In this document: positions 27,601 through 35,149 of the stretch, in pieces
Numbering within the stretch: the first letter of the stretch is position 1
Layout of the letters: the number at the start of each line of letters is the position of its first letter
From: a virus
Taxonomy: Duplodnaviria > Caudoviricetes
IMG/VR virus record: IMGVR_UViG_3300027753_000027
Location: 1-44,872 of that record
Length of the DNA stretch: 44,872 nt
Reading direction: 5' to 3' (one strand)
Made by a program: the position numbers and the translations under genes
The notes under the pieces: model-generated
Told to the model about the DNA's origin: nothing
The model's input: only the letters and a program-made list of their open reading frames with translations
Databases searched by the model: none

Positions 27601-30579
27601 GGAAGCGGTTACATCTTTGATATACAAACATTCTTTCCTGATCTTGAAAAAAAAGATCGCGCCGTTGTGGATGGTCGCAGGCGTTATAGTGTTGCGCCGC
27701 CTCCATTAAACAACAGCACCATAGCAGGTCAGATAAATCAGAAGGAAGTGGACATAAATTATGCTCGTTCTTCTGACTTCATAGCTAAAGGTCTTGGTAG
27801 AATTGTAGGCAAGGATAAGGCTCAAGCTCAAGCGGACAGCATATTAACCAAGTTCCAAGACTCTATGCTTCCTGTAGGTAGGATGATCCAAGAGCTGAAG
27901 GCGAAGGGTCTTACCATCGTTGATGCTATGGACACTTATCTGAAGGAAGAGTTGTATCATGGCATCGTCGGTAACGAGGTAGATAAAAGAGAGAAGACAA
28001 TCTACCAGACTGCTCGTGAAGCTCTGAAGAATTTGAACATTACCAAGGATCAAGTGAATAACCTTCGTTCTGTATCTGATGCAGCATCAGAGAGTGGTAG
28101 AGGATTTATAAGTCAAGCTATTGAAACTTCAGGTAGTGATCGCCAAACAATAGGTGACGCATATCTTTACGCCAAGCATGCGAAGGAACGCAACGCATAC
28201 GTCAGGTCTATAAACCCAGACAATAACAGTGGCTCTGGAATGAGCGATGCTGAAGCAGACGCAATCCTTATTTGGTTCTCTCGTTTGGACAACCAGAATA
28301 GTGCGGCTCTTGGTGCCTTGGATCGTGCGGTAAGAAATGTAGTCAGGGATACCAACAACACTCGTACTCAAGGTGGTCTAATACCTGCTGAGTTTAATCA
28401 AGTAGAACTTGAAGACGGCACTGTAGTACAGAAGTCAAACTACAATTCTTATGTACCATTGAGGGGTAAGATTGATCCCGACAATGAGACCACCGATCCT
28501 AGCCGCCCTAGCATGGGCGCTCCATTCGGTGCCAGAGGACGAGAAGATAGGCGTGTCACAGGTCGATACGACTACGCAACAGACATCTTGGCTACAACAC
28601 TAACCCAGAACATGGGTGCCGTTGCACGAAGTGAGCGCAATAAGGTTGGTCAATCATTCCTAGAACTGCTACGTTCAGACCCCACTGTAACAAAAGAGTT
28701 TGGTACTATACTGAAAGCTCTACCAAAGACTGAACAGCTAAGGGGTGGGAAAGTTGTTAGGGCTACAGATCAAAGAGCGTATCTGGACCCCTTCATATTC
28801 ACAGTCAAAGAGAATGGACAGGATGTATATGTTAGACTTGAAGATGAAAGAATAGCTAAAGCTCTGAAGGGTGATGTCGGGTTGGGTTCCTCACCCCTTG
28901 CTGGTGTTGTTCGTGCTATGGGCAAGGTCAACAGATACTTGTCCAGCATTAATACATCATACAACCCTGAGTTCTTTGTGACCAACTTGTTGCGAGACCT
29001 TCAAACCGCTGGTGTGAACATCAACCAGTATGATGAGAAGGCAATGACTACTGAGATTATGAAGGGTGTTGCTGGGGCGCTCAAAGGAATAAAGCGTTCA
29101 ATCATAAACAATGATGACTCTTCCGACTGGTCAAAGTACTACAAAGATTTTGTTGAGGCTGGTGGTCAAAACGCTACGAACCAGATGACTACAATCGCAG
29201 ATCAAATGGAGAATATCCAAGGGTTACTTGGTGATATATCTGATCAGGGAGTCAGGGGTAAATGGAACTCTGTAAAGAATAGCTTTATAGGTAAGAAGGC
29301 TGGATCGTTACTAAGCACTATTGAGAACTACAACACAGTCATTGAGAACGGCATTCGTGTTTCTACTTACAAGGCTATGCTGGATCGTGGCTTCTCCAGA
29401 GAACGCGCAGCGCAAGCGGCTCGTAATGTTACAGTGAACTTTGCCAAGGGCGGTGAATACAAGACGTTCATGAACGCATTTTACCTGTTCTACAATGCGT
29501 CTCTACAAGGTTCATTTGCACTTTTAAATGCAGCCCTGAAGTCGAAGAAGGTTCAAAAGATTTGGGCAGGCACCATAGCAGCAGGCTTCCTTCAGGACCA
29601 GTTGAACGGAATGCTGTCTGACGAGGATGAAGATGGCCGTCTTGTTTATGATAAGATACAACCGTACATTCTTGAACATAACTTAATTCTGCCTGATCCA
29701 TTCGGCTTCACGGAGAGATCATACATAGCGATACCTATGCCGTATGGCTTGAACATGGCTCACAACATAGGTCGTGCCACCAGTCAAACCGCTCGTGGCG
29801 GAACCTCCGCTGGGAAAGCTACGTCTTCTATCGTGGGAACTATCGTAGATGTAATCAATCCGATTGGCGGGACAGAGAGCTTCACTAATTTTGCGGCTCC
29901 TACAATCCTAGACCCATTCATTGATGTTATAGAGAACGAAGATTACGCGAAGAAGCCTGTCTACAAAGAGGCTGCTTTCAATGACCGGGGTCCAGACAGT
30001 CAAAGGTATTGGTCAACAACAAACCCATCTGCAATATGGGTAACAAACATGCTGAACAATCTTACTGGTGGCACACCTGACACGAAGGGATTCGTAGATG
30101 TATCACCAGATGTGATGAACTTCTGGCTTGAGTATGCAACAGGTGGTGTTGGTAGGTTTGTCCAGCGTACTGCCGAGTTACCAGTTCGAGTGTATGAAGA
30201 GGGACTCGATGAAGATATATTCCGAGAGATTCCGTTTGTCAGAAAGATAATAGGAAGCGTTTCTAGTCGTGAAGACTATGGCAATTACATTGAGAAGAGA
30301 GACAAGGTTCTTGTCGCAGGTGATGAGATTAAAGGCGCTCTATCATCTGGAGATACTGAGCGGTTACAAAAAGCCAGACAGAGATACTCAGAAGAAATTA
30401 AATACCTACCAAGGATAAGGGCTATTGATAACGCTTTAAGGAAAGTAAGTGGTCAGATGAACTCTGTAAGGGGCAATATGAGAATGCCAGACGATCAAAA
30501 GAAACTTATTCTTGACAGGCTAGACGAGCGCAAACAGTTTCTTATTGGAAGTGCCAACAAGATTTTAGCAGGGTTTTAA
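21661..30579 (+). CDS. Giant polyvalent internal virion protein (zincin MPTase, HhH-glycosylase-like, HDxxGH, PBECR-like and LPD38-like modules)
   Basis: 2972 aa, AGGAG RBS. HEVIH (862-866) with EEEAIAE, GIDNKV..D (K1271/D1289), FRAVHDAFGH (1710-1719), GRGLYHI..RGH (1900-1911), and a C-terminal IP.PYG...P.I....N.D....P.Y pattern. Confidence 0.85.
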   Translation: MGIVSVKGPQFGQFYSVNISGDTPSPEEQSRINQFVGQQEALIAQRAEGRYAPSQQDQVEEAVEPEPKGGFGTAVGLGFDALQKAYGSTLEGIGSISGLQGLQDFGSSVVETNEQQIAEKAQALTKREEIDTVGETASFFFETLGQQVPQLGVSLGGAAAGAAVAAPIPIPGARVAGALIGGFAANIPYFYGDNREAQKEAIDRGLRTEMNEGTAFLSALPQAALDSIVDRLLIGKVLNPAVIRSGGVFTRAAKGVGAGTVAEVPTEIGQEVINRYQAGLPIDDAEAMKVYEDVAIAAGITGGTVRGTTNVIGGDIRKEKAAQEEQEKFAELQEDFEEESARTQETIARINESELRENEDITVEPTIEVEPQEMLALPAPSPEENDRLTPEQEIVTLGKAAREATLPFNSVPMSELPLGERQIIQNTRKIQGLDEQQPASLDEIRRIVGEGAATREATKQKPVSGGTSRFQPVENKTFTQDQYDRAVEEIKSRKKYTEPAIQKAVRDTGVKNVSRQVAKDIRDEMVNRGILRRTQKGYDIEPDVEAVSDEIASYRSTLSNLNKDIYGNSSVKRKKGESTNDFVQRKTGLVGLSKKIDLDARRALDQENDRAKFLRLTTEAQEVRNQISEAQQVIAETEGRINSGPQSVNIPSTEKPRSILPSEVQQAGTTEGQIDALRQSISNYDRDINLQKQNLAKLKKQSKKVALNEEVKGLLSEIESDIETKTYLRDAAQARLTEPSAPVQVSSEQYLANKAREIANRAVNTTRKDSFDAKRQQVFNALRKRLNNLNLPDVKLTAERLVAPELLQQENPELAEGVFDFTAANKFHNTPSNRVISLSMEVADPSKSAQEQFDILKGVMNHEVIHALKSLGLFSDAEWSSLTGAVKQRKYVQIKNGQPVERKYTYLDRATAMYSGKLNYTPESIEEEAIAEMFRDYADGKIKVIGRPKTLFERIKNFFGAIFKANQDVGINSVEDIFNDVKSGNIGKRDRLPEPDAEVTEDVNRKSIRNFDPKLPVAPQDARAHKLPYELLIQGNGSPAVLPITQAYTPANSNRNNSSIEQIIANNPDAMMSVEGWMKAMQEGLGGDYIPAPPLVAIKYSQNPQAMADKLNQLTPELKKGVDEGFEFVDQIRGIYQSGEASPRMTMDLFVWGILSRGAGPVQQEGAFIDIIDSAYPILEKATREPLTDDDVDRWMTTVSSVIPEGSPGKQVTMNVNAAAKLVKAMSQLVGDSNQTVIDVIHEGMTDPNVSASDIREAFLSGTKSAGIDNKVLSFILLVGGKDDVLVMDRIQGRHLWDDGRYGGANIYDGIGPNKEGLNGIFRGPRGILTTRLLEDGMRKNVQKAYELAGRPEDASLGRWHWETWVIEGEQVVNHGTLQAIINGSPIGTSVTEGKTDTFSSGMTYIRGQNAPVVRYPLSDGGFVYMSPTRMKEFEAFIKKPKNGIIPRDFKVTGRADIPWFERKEVNRNKLDETAREYEDAKPNGSILRSDERTGELQDASQRGNSPIDRRYSLGFLADPSFQSVPSGSGRGRDSSGSLAPLEGAPTVQGATGPDEKLVAVAEQYALDNGIDLRRQSEFVIPNVDLATRIAQAYEEMENAPEDPVVREAYENLVSQTIDQYRALEDAGYRFWFTDLNIPDNVEYLSSPFNAMRDIRANKTMGVFPTDEGYGSGEVDTETSSNPMMMDTGIEWPSGSLDGPKKKVVANDLFRAVHDAFGHGLEGSGFRATGEENAWQAHVRLFTGSAVAAITSETRGQNSWLNFGPYGEQNRDAKIEDTIFADQKIGLMPSFTWEEGRAGSVEAAVDEDTDQTSTADELPAVDRSAIEQLLSGQDLTTQRKFSVSPSNADQLVAAPVKNKNGSSSPVFGSMIDSRGTRIPIVLPAGEHRRIEQREGATEVGRGLYHIQQRGHDRELLRFSNGKYNVLNAMYDLLKRWDKQGNEDGENVISYPSQGGIVLEWRNDIPFKAPPMKLVLKPRKLGSGYIFDIQTFFPDLEKKDRAVVDGRRRYSVAPPPLNNSTIAGQINQKEVDINYARSSDFIAKGLGRIVGKDKAQAQADSILTKFQDSMLPVGRMIQELKAKGLTIVDAMDTYLKEELYHGIVGNEVDKREKTIYQTAREALKNLNITKDQVNNLRSVSDAASESGRGFISQAIETSGSDRQTIGDAYLYAKHAKERNAYVRSINPDNNSGSGMSDAEADAILIWFSRLDNQNSAALGALDRAVRNVVRDTNNTRTQGGLIPAEFNQVELEDGTVVQKSNYNSYVPLRGKIDPDNETTDPSRPSMGAPFGARGREDRRVTGRYDYATDILATTLTQNMGAVARSERNKVGQSFLELLRSDPTVTKEFGTILKALPKTEQLRGGKVVRATDQRAYLDPFIFTVKENGQDVYVRLEDERIAKALKGDVGLGSSPLAGVVRAMGKVNRYLSSINTSYNPEFFVTNLLRDLQTAGVNINQYDEKAMTTEIMKGVAGALKGIKRSIINNDDSSDWSKYYKDFVEAGGQNATNQMTTIADQMENIQGLLGDISDQGVRGKWNSVKNSFIGKKAGSLLSTIENYNTVIENGIRVSTYKAMLDRGFSRERAAQAARNVTVNFAKGGEYKTFMNAFYLFYNASLQGSFALLNAALKSKKVQKIWAGTIAAGFLQDQLNGMLSDEDEDGRLVYDKIQPYILEHNLILPDPFGFTERSYIAIPMPYGLNMAHNIGRATSQTARGGTSAGKATSSIVGTIVDVINPIGGTESFTNFAAPTILDPFIDVIENEDYAKKPVYKEAAFNDRGPDSQRYWSTTNPSAIWVTNMLNNLTGGTPDTKGFVDVSPDVMNFWLEYATGGVGRFVQRTAELPVRVYEEGLDEDIFREIPFVRKIIGSVSSREDYGNYIEKRDKVLVAGDEIKGALSSGDTERLQKARQRYSEEIKYLPRIRAIDNALRKVSGQMNSVRGNMRMPDDQKKLILDRLDERKQFLIGSANKILAGF

Positions 30580-30580
30580 T

Positions 30581-30598
30581 AAAGTTCAGTTGAACTTT
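30581..30598. promoter_or_regulatory. Palindrome AAAGTTC-AGTT-GAACTTT at the convergent late/early junction
   Basis: 7-bp arms. Lies just after the stop at 30579 and overlaps the stop at 30586. Confidence 0.55.
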
Positions 30599-31098
30599 TG
30601 TAGCCTTCTCTGGGTGGAGTATGACCATAGCTTTTCTAATGGGCTTAGATCAATCTGATCCATAACTGATCCCATTCCGTGGCCCAAGTCCATTTGCCTG
30701 CTGTCTTTCTTGAACCTGTCCCTAGAGCAGTACCCTGATACATTGTAAGTATCTTCATCCTCTTGGCACACAAGGACTGCGCAGTTTGCCTTGAAGGCAT
30801 TAATGTCTTTGAAGAGGAGGCGACCATCTGGATAGAATGTAGACTTAACGTCTATAGATATATCACCGAGCCACATATCTTCACCACTATCAACGCCAAG
30901 CTGGAAAGGATTGTGATCTATGTCGAATACCTTTGCCACACTAAGCTCTGCCTTGATGCCTATAAGATCAAGATCATTATCGTTTCGCCCCTGATCTCTT
31001 CTCTGATTGACAACTCCAGACGCCCTAGCTAACTGCCAGCGAAACGTAGCCGCTTGTTTACAAACAGATATCTCTCTAGGAGACAAGCGAACTCTCAT
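30586..31098 (-). CDS. Hypothetical protein, possible PD-(D/E)xK-fold nuclease
   Basis: 170 aa with a G..AE..VA, D.G.D, IDVKST pattern. Confidence 0.5.
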   Translation of the reverse strand: MRVRLSPREISVCKQAATFRWQLARASGVVNQRRDQGRNDNDLDLIGIKAELSVAKVFDIDHNPFQLGVDSGEDMWLGDISIDVKSTFYPDGRLLFKDINAFKANCAVLVCQEDEDTYNVSGYCSRDRFKKDSRQMDLGHGMGSVMDQIDLSPLEKLWSYSTQRRLQKFN

Positions 31099-31283
31099 GA
31101 TTCTCCATCACTTTTCTTTTCTATCCATTCCAAGATTTCACTTCTCTTCCACCGTTTCATTCTGACGCCCAAGTTAATTCCTTCTGGGAAGTCTTCTGTT
31201 TTGCTTATGAACCTGTAGGTAGACCGTAAGCTCATCGACAGCATCTTTGCTATCTCGCTTACCTTCATTAGTTTTTCTTCCAT
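31095..31283 (-). CDS. AlpA/excisionase-like HTH DNA-binding protein
   Basis: 62 aa, LM.V.EIA.ML.MS..S.YR......FP..I.LG....RW..SEI.EW. Confidence 0.8.
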   Translation of the reverse strand: MEEKLMKVSEIAKMLSMSLRSTYRFISKTEDFPEGINLGVRMKRWKRSEILEWIEKKSDGES

Positions 31284-31714
31284 TCTTTGAACCCCTCTCT
31301 TAATTCTTCAAACTTGTTTACTGCATCAGGGTTATCCCTAAACTCCGATCTCGACTTAATACCGCAATGGGTTCTGACGGCACTAACTGCTTCGTTCTCT
31401 TGATTAAATACATCCGTCTTCTTAGTCATGCCCATGCTGTACAGATAATCATGGAAGTCATTATTGCGGCATAGTAAACCTGCCGATGCAATCAATCTCT
31501 CAACATTCACCGCTCCCTCTCGCGGCTCCGGTTCGTCCTGATCGTTGAGCCTCACCATGGCAACCATGTACCTAGTGCCAACCCAGTCAGTGTGAAGTTC
31601 TTGAGGGCAATCATTTGGATGCACATTGAGGCGCAGCATGATGCCATTCTTGTCCTGAGACATTGACACCTTCACCGCCTCAAAGCCTATGGCTGCGTCT
31701 TTAATGCTACTCAT
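31268..31714 (-). CDS. Conserved phage hypothetical protein
   Basis: 148 aa, GGAGG RBS, C-terminal CGI.SRSE motif. Confidence 0.65.
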   Translation of the reverse strand: MSSIKDAAIGFEAVKVSMSQDKNGIMLRLNVHPNDCPQELHTDWVGTRYMVAMVRLNDQDEPEPREGAVNVERLIASAGLLCRNNDFHDYLYSMGMTKKTDVFNQENEAVSAVRTHCGIKSRSEFRDNPDAVNKFEELREGFKEWKKN

Positions 31715-31871
31715 CTTCGTCCTCCCTTAAAAAGTTTATAGGATTAAAAAACATAAGCTCTTCTGGTTTCACTTCTCTTTTTTTGCCACTACAGTGCTTG
31801 CAGTATTCCCCACCTACAGCTCCACATTTGCGACAATTCTCATTTAACTTTCTTAAATTTGGAGATGTCAT
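31707..31871 (-). CDS. Small CxxC-CxxC zinc-ribbon protein (not in the ORF track)
   Basis: 54 aa, MTSPNLRKLNENCRKCGAVGGEYCKHCSGKK...EDEDE. ATGA overlap with the 31868 gene, and it fills the gap. Confidence 0.6.
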   Translation of the reverse strand: MTSPNLRKLNENCRKCGAVGGEYCKHCSGKKREVKPEELMFFNPINFLREDEDE

Positions 31872-32074
31872 CTTTCACTCCTATGAAAAACTTTTCTTCC
31901 GATGTATCTTTTATCGGGTGCCACATCATCACTGTTGAAGTGCAACTGAGCTGCCTGCAGTCTGTCAACATGGCTCTTTGTCTTGTCTTTCTTGTGACCA
32001 CAGGTCTGTAAGGGCTTCGCACCACATGCGGGGCATTCAACCTGCTGAACCATTTCTCTAGTCACTGTCACCAT
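31868..32074 (-). CDS. Phage zinc-finger protein
   Basis: 68 aa, CPACGA.P...C.......H..R. Confidence 0.65.
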   Translation of the reverse strand: MVTVTREMVQQVECPACGAKPLQTCGHKKDKTKSHVDRLQAAQLHFNSDDVAPDKRYIGRKVFHRSER

Positions 32075-32348
32075 TGTATCTATCCCAATTTACTTTTGCC
32101 CAATTGACAGGGTCTATTCCTATCAAGTCCCACCAAGTCTTCTCGTCACCGTATCGATGCAGTTCTGAATGGCAGTCGCGGCACAGAGGCACAGCCCAGT
32201 TATCTCCCGATCTCATACCTGTTCCATGTTCCCCAACATAAAGCAGGTGGTGTGCTTCCGCGCCGCGCCTACACACTAAGCAAGGTTCCCCTCGCAAAGT
32301 ATTCAGGTACGCTTCATTCCGAATGTTCTTATGTTTCGGAATGAGCAT
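32058..32348 (-). CDS. DUF968/HNH-like zinc-binding protein
   Basis: PCLVC....EAHH......G.G....D.WAVPLCR.CH.ELH..G. Confidence 0.75.
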   Translation of the reverse strand: MLIPKHKNIRNEAYLNTLRGEPCLVCRRGAEAHHLLYVGEHGTGMRSGDNWAVPLCRDCHSELHRYGDEKTWWDLIGIDPVNWAKVNWDRYNGDSD

Positions 32349-32352
32349 GTTG

Positions 32353-32598
32353 TTATTCGGATATTACTTTTACATGAACTTCGCCCTGTATATCCCACAA
32401 CTTAGCAATATTATCTGCAAGGTCTTTATTTGGTTTCTTGATGGTTACAGTGAGTTCACCTTCGTGGTCATCCATTTTTGAAATCAACCAATGATAGCTT
32501 TCATGTATACAAGAATAGACCTTCATCATGCGTTCCACTCTCCAAGTTTCCTTCTCGTGTGAGAAAGAAAAAATAACTGAACCTGCGTTATTTTGCAT
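32353..32598 (-). CDS. Hypothetical protein
   Basis: 81 aa, AGGAG RBS, in operon. Confidence 0.6.
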   Translation of the reverse strand: MQNNAGSVIFSFSHEKETWRVERMMKVYSCIHESYHWLISKMDDHEGELTVTIKKPNKDLADNIAKLWDIQGEVHVKVISE

Positions 32599-32613
32599 AG
32601 TATTTCTCCTATT

Positions 32614-32925
32614 TTAGAAAGGGATTTCATCGTCCAAGTCAGCGGACGGGGGGTTACCACTAGGCGTTTGCTGATACCCAGCGCCTTCTGTCTGACGCTC
32701 CCTCATAATGCTACCTCTAAGAGATAGGAAGGGACGCCCAGTCTTACCTGTCTTCCTCCAGCCAACCAAGTTGGCCTTTGGTTGCTCCACTCCCTCATCT
32801 ATCTGCGCCATGAGGTCACGAATAACCTCTGGTTCTAGCTCTATGTTGCCAGTGTAGTCTGGCTGAGTTGGTTTTTCTTTCCTGTCATTCTGGAACAGGA
32901 TACCTGATGCCGGATATTGAGCCAT
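32614..32925 (-). CDS. Single-stranded DNA-binding protein-like
   Basis: I prefer the ATG at 32925. G.LF.N..K....PDY.G, W.K and FLSL motifs with an acidic DDEIPF tail. Confidence 0.75.
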   Translation of the reverse strand: MAQYPASGILFQNDRKEKPTQPDYTGNIELEPEVIRDLMAQIDEGVEQPKANLVGWRKTGKTGRPFLSLRGSIMRERQTEGAGYQQTPSGNPPSADLDDEIPF

Positions 32926-33665
32926 TACTTCTTCTCCTTCTGAAGTTTGATTTTCTTTTCTGAAATGCAATTGATTACTTTATCGTAATCAGCGGTTGCT
33001 TCGGTCTTCGCTAGGCCAAACATAGCTTGGTTGGCAACGTAGAATTTTTTCAACATGTCCTCACTCCGAGCGGAGCCGATCCATGAGCATGCGACATCTG
33101 ACCAAGTGTCCCACTCAGACACGGCACGAGGCTCACGGTCTCCATCCTTGTAGGCAAATGTGTTTACCATCTTACCAAGGATAGGTTTGTCAGCCGCTGT
33201 GGGGGCCGGTACAGGAGCCTTTTGCTTCACCACTGGTTCTGGCTTAGGCTTTTCCTTTACCTCTTCCTGCCGGGCCTCTCCTTCGCTCTGAGGTAGGTCT
33301 TCACCCGCATAGATGTAATGACCCAAACCGTGATAGCTAATTGCCTTAGCCAACCCACGCTGAAACGCCGTGTTAATTGAGAAGGCATCTGGGTTTTGGA
33401 TTGCCTTGTTGCGGTAGTCCAGCACAGGGAATAGTTCCGTTGCACTAATCCCATCAACATCAACCGTCACTTGAACGAATGAGTACCCAGCATCATCCCT
33501 TATGCAGGGTGAGCCATCAGGCTGTATGTGTTTGGTAAATGTTGCCTCTGGATAGTGGCTCTTCAATACACCCCAAGCCCATGCCCATGACAGGTATGTC
33601 AGCCCGTTCTTCTTTTCTGTGTGATCATTAACATTGATCGCTGATAGTGTCTTCCATACAGACAT
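32925..33665 (-). CDS. Sak-type single-strand annealing protein (DUF1071)
   Basis: EKKNGLTYLSWAWAW, PVLDYRNK.I.NP.AF.IN...QR...KAI..HGLG.YIYAGED. GGAG RBS before the ATG at 33665. Confidence 0.85.
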   Translation of the reverse strand: MSVWKTLSAINVNDHTEKKNGLTYLSWAWAWGVLKSHYPEATFTKHIQPDGSPCIRDDAGYSFVQVTVDVDGISATELFPVLDYRNKAIQNPDAFSINTAFQRGLAKAISYHGLGHYIYAGEDLPQSEGEARQEEVKEKPKPEPVVKQKAPVPAPTAADKPILGKMVNTFAYKDGDREPRAVSEWDTWSDVACSWIGSARSEDMLKKFYVANQAMFGLAKTEATADYDKVINCISEKKIKLQKEKK

Positions 33666-34555
33666 TATGTTCTCCATCCTTTAAATTGCTCACAGAACTC
33701 TGCGACATTGCAGTAGTTCCCTTCACACCGGGTCTTATCGCCCTTGCGAAATTCTATCTCCAGTTTCTTATCGCTGGACGCAACGTGTTCATTGGCGTCT
33801 TCTTCGCTATCCCATAGCTTCAACGCTCTCTTCTTTCCCTTCTCCTTCACGGCCCATTGGTTGGGCTTTGCCCATTGATCTCCGTCAGAACAAAGGGGAA
33901 CCTTGTCATACAAATCGTAGTCCATCTGAGCGGACTGATGTACGTCGATACGATCATAGATATAATCTTCGCGTTCCTTCTCGCTCCAAAGGGGAAGTTC
34001 CACAATTACGATTGGTGACTGGGGATACTCTTTGTCAAATTGCGCACGGCGTCTCTGCCAGTCTCTGAGTATCGCACAGATGCGCAGCTTGCTAACTTTC
34101 TTCTGTCGGTTGGCACCAGCTAATGAGTTCTCTACCAGCCAAGCATAGCAATTCTGCTGACGTTCCCACTCAACCTTGCCAAGGATGACAGACCAAGCAG
34201 AGGTAACTTTGTAATCCGTAATTTGAACGGTGCCATCAGGTAAAACCTCTTGATGATCGAGCGCCCCAGACAGGGTCCAGTTAGCAATCTCTGCGTACAG
34301 TCGCTCTTCGACTTGGACATTCGCAGGATCGTCGGCGCTCTCCAAAACATGATGGACAGCCGTGCCAAACAAAGCCCAGATCATATCAACTACATCGGTC
34401 TCGATCTCTTCGTCATGCAGGTCTTTCATCAACCTGATACGAGGACCATCGATCAATGTCGTGACACTGATGTCTGCCTTGCCTCGTGAGTATTTATCAT
34501 CTCTGGCAAAGTTTAAGAACGCATCCGGCAGGTTGTGATTGTTTGTAATTTTCAT
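33665..34555 (-). CDS. PD-(D/E)xK exonuclease (Cas4-like recombination nuclease)
   Basis: GTAVH..LE, E.R, SG..D, I.DYK and Q.N.Y motifs with a C-terminal Cys cluster. Adjacent to Sak and SSB. I prefer the ATG at 34555. Confidence 0.8.
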   Translation of the reverse strand: MKITNNHNLPDAFLNFARDDKYSRGKADISVTTLIDGPRIRLMKDLHDEEIETDVVDMIWALFGTAVHHVLESADDPANVQVEERLYAEIANWTLSGALDHQEVLPDGTVQITDYKVTSAWSVILGKVEWERQQNCYAWLVENSLAGANRQKKVSKLRICAILRDWQRRRAQFDKEYPQSPIVIVELPLWSEKEREDYIYDRIDVHQSAQMDYDLYDKVPLCSDGDQWAKPNQWAVKEKGKKRALKLWDSEEDANEHVASSDKKLEIEFRKGDKTRCEGNYCNVAEFCEQFKGWRT

Positions 34556-34626
34556 TGTTTTCTCCACTGTTTTGATGTTAGATCATAGGCAGAATGTAAA
34601 GTCAAATAGAATGTTTAAGGGTCAAT

Positions 34627-35025
34627 ATGAGTCATTTCGACATAACATTTACGGCTCTTGGAGAGCCAGCTTCTAAGGCTAACTCTAGGAAAATGGTTAC
34701 TATTCGTGGGCGTCCAGCACTCATCAAATCTCAGAAGGCTAGGGATTACGTTAAGCAGTTTGAGCTGCAATGCCCCCAGCTAGAAGTGCCAACGACTGAA
34801 GATGTTCAGGTTGAGATGATGATCTACTACGCCAGCCGTAGGCCTGATCTGGATGAGAGCTTGATCCTAGATTGCATGCAGTGCCGCATCTATAAAAATG
34901 ATCGTCAGGTGAAGCAGAAATTTATATACTGGGGACTGGACCGGGAGAACCCAAGAACAATAATTCGTGTCCGCTCATGTGATGTAAAAGATATTCCAGA
35001 CTACCTTGTTATCGGTAGAGTATAG
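34627..35025 (+). CDS. rusA: RusA-like Holliday junction resolvase
   Basis: GEP.SKAN, R.DLD...ILD, IY.NDRQV and D.ENPR motifs. Confidence 0.8.
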   Translation: MSHFDITFTALGEPASKANSRKMVTIRGRPALIKSQKARDYVKQFELQCPQLEVPTTEDVQVEMMIYYASRRPDLDESLILDCMQCRIYKNDRQVKQKFIYWGLDRENPRTIIRVRSCDVKDIPDYLVIGRV

Positions 35026-35093
35026 GTAGTCGATAAATTATAACGGTAGAGTATATTATAATATAATATATTAGGCGGGAAAAATATGACCCG

Positions 35094-35123
35094 TTGACTG
35101 GTGCCGTTTTTGTCTCGTATGAT
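35094..35123 (+). promoter_or_regulatory. Sigma70-type promoter for the primase-helicase
   Basis: TTGACT-N18-TATGAT with an AT-rich upstream tract, followed by AGGAG and GTG at 35150. Confidence 0.55.
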
Positions 35124-35149
35124 CGCCGGATCAGAGTAGGAGAATAGCC

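Noticed and set aside
313-29701. Many short antisense or alternate-frame ORFs in the track (e.g. 7032..7601, 13171..13356, 15590..16048, 21659..22108)
   Set aside because: They are shadows of long genes or of coding repeats, with no RBS or recognisable motifs
21661-30579. Giant protein as a virion RNA polymerase or DarB-like methylase/helicase
   Set aside because: I found no RNAP catalytic motifs, helicase Walker motifs or methyltransferase motifs
31095-31283. AlpA/Xis-like gene as proof of a prophage
   Set aside because: No integrase, att site, repressor cassette or host genes appear in the window
33665-34555. Cas4-like nuclease as evidence of CRISPR-Cas
   Set aside because: Its context next to Sak and SSB indicates a phage recombination exonuclease
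34568-34626. Specific divergent promoter calls between the exonuclease and rusA
   Set aside because: Promoters are expected here, but the best match (TTGACT-N19-TAACAT on -) has poor spacing, so I did not call one
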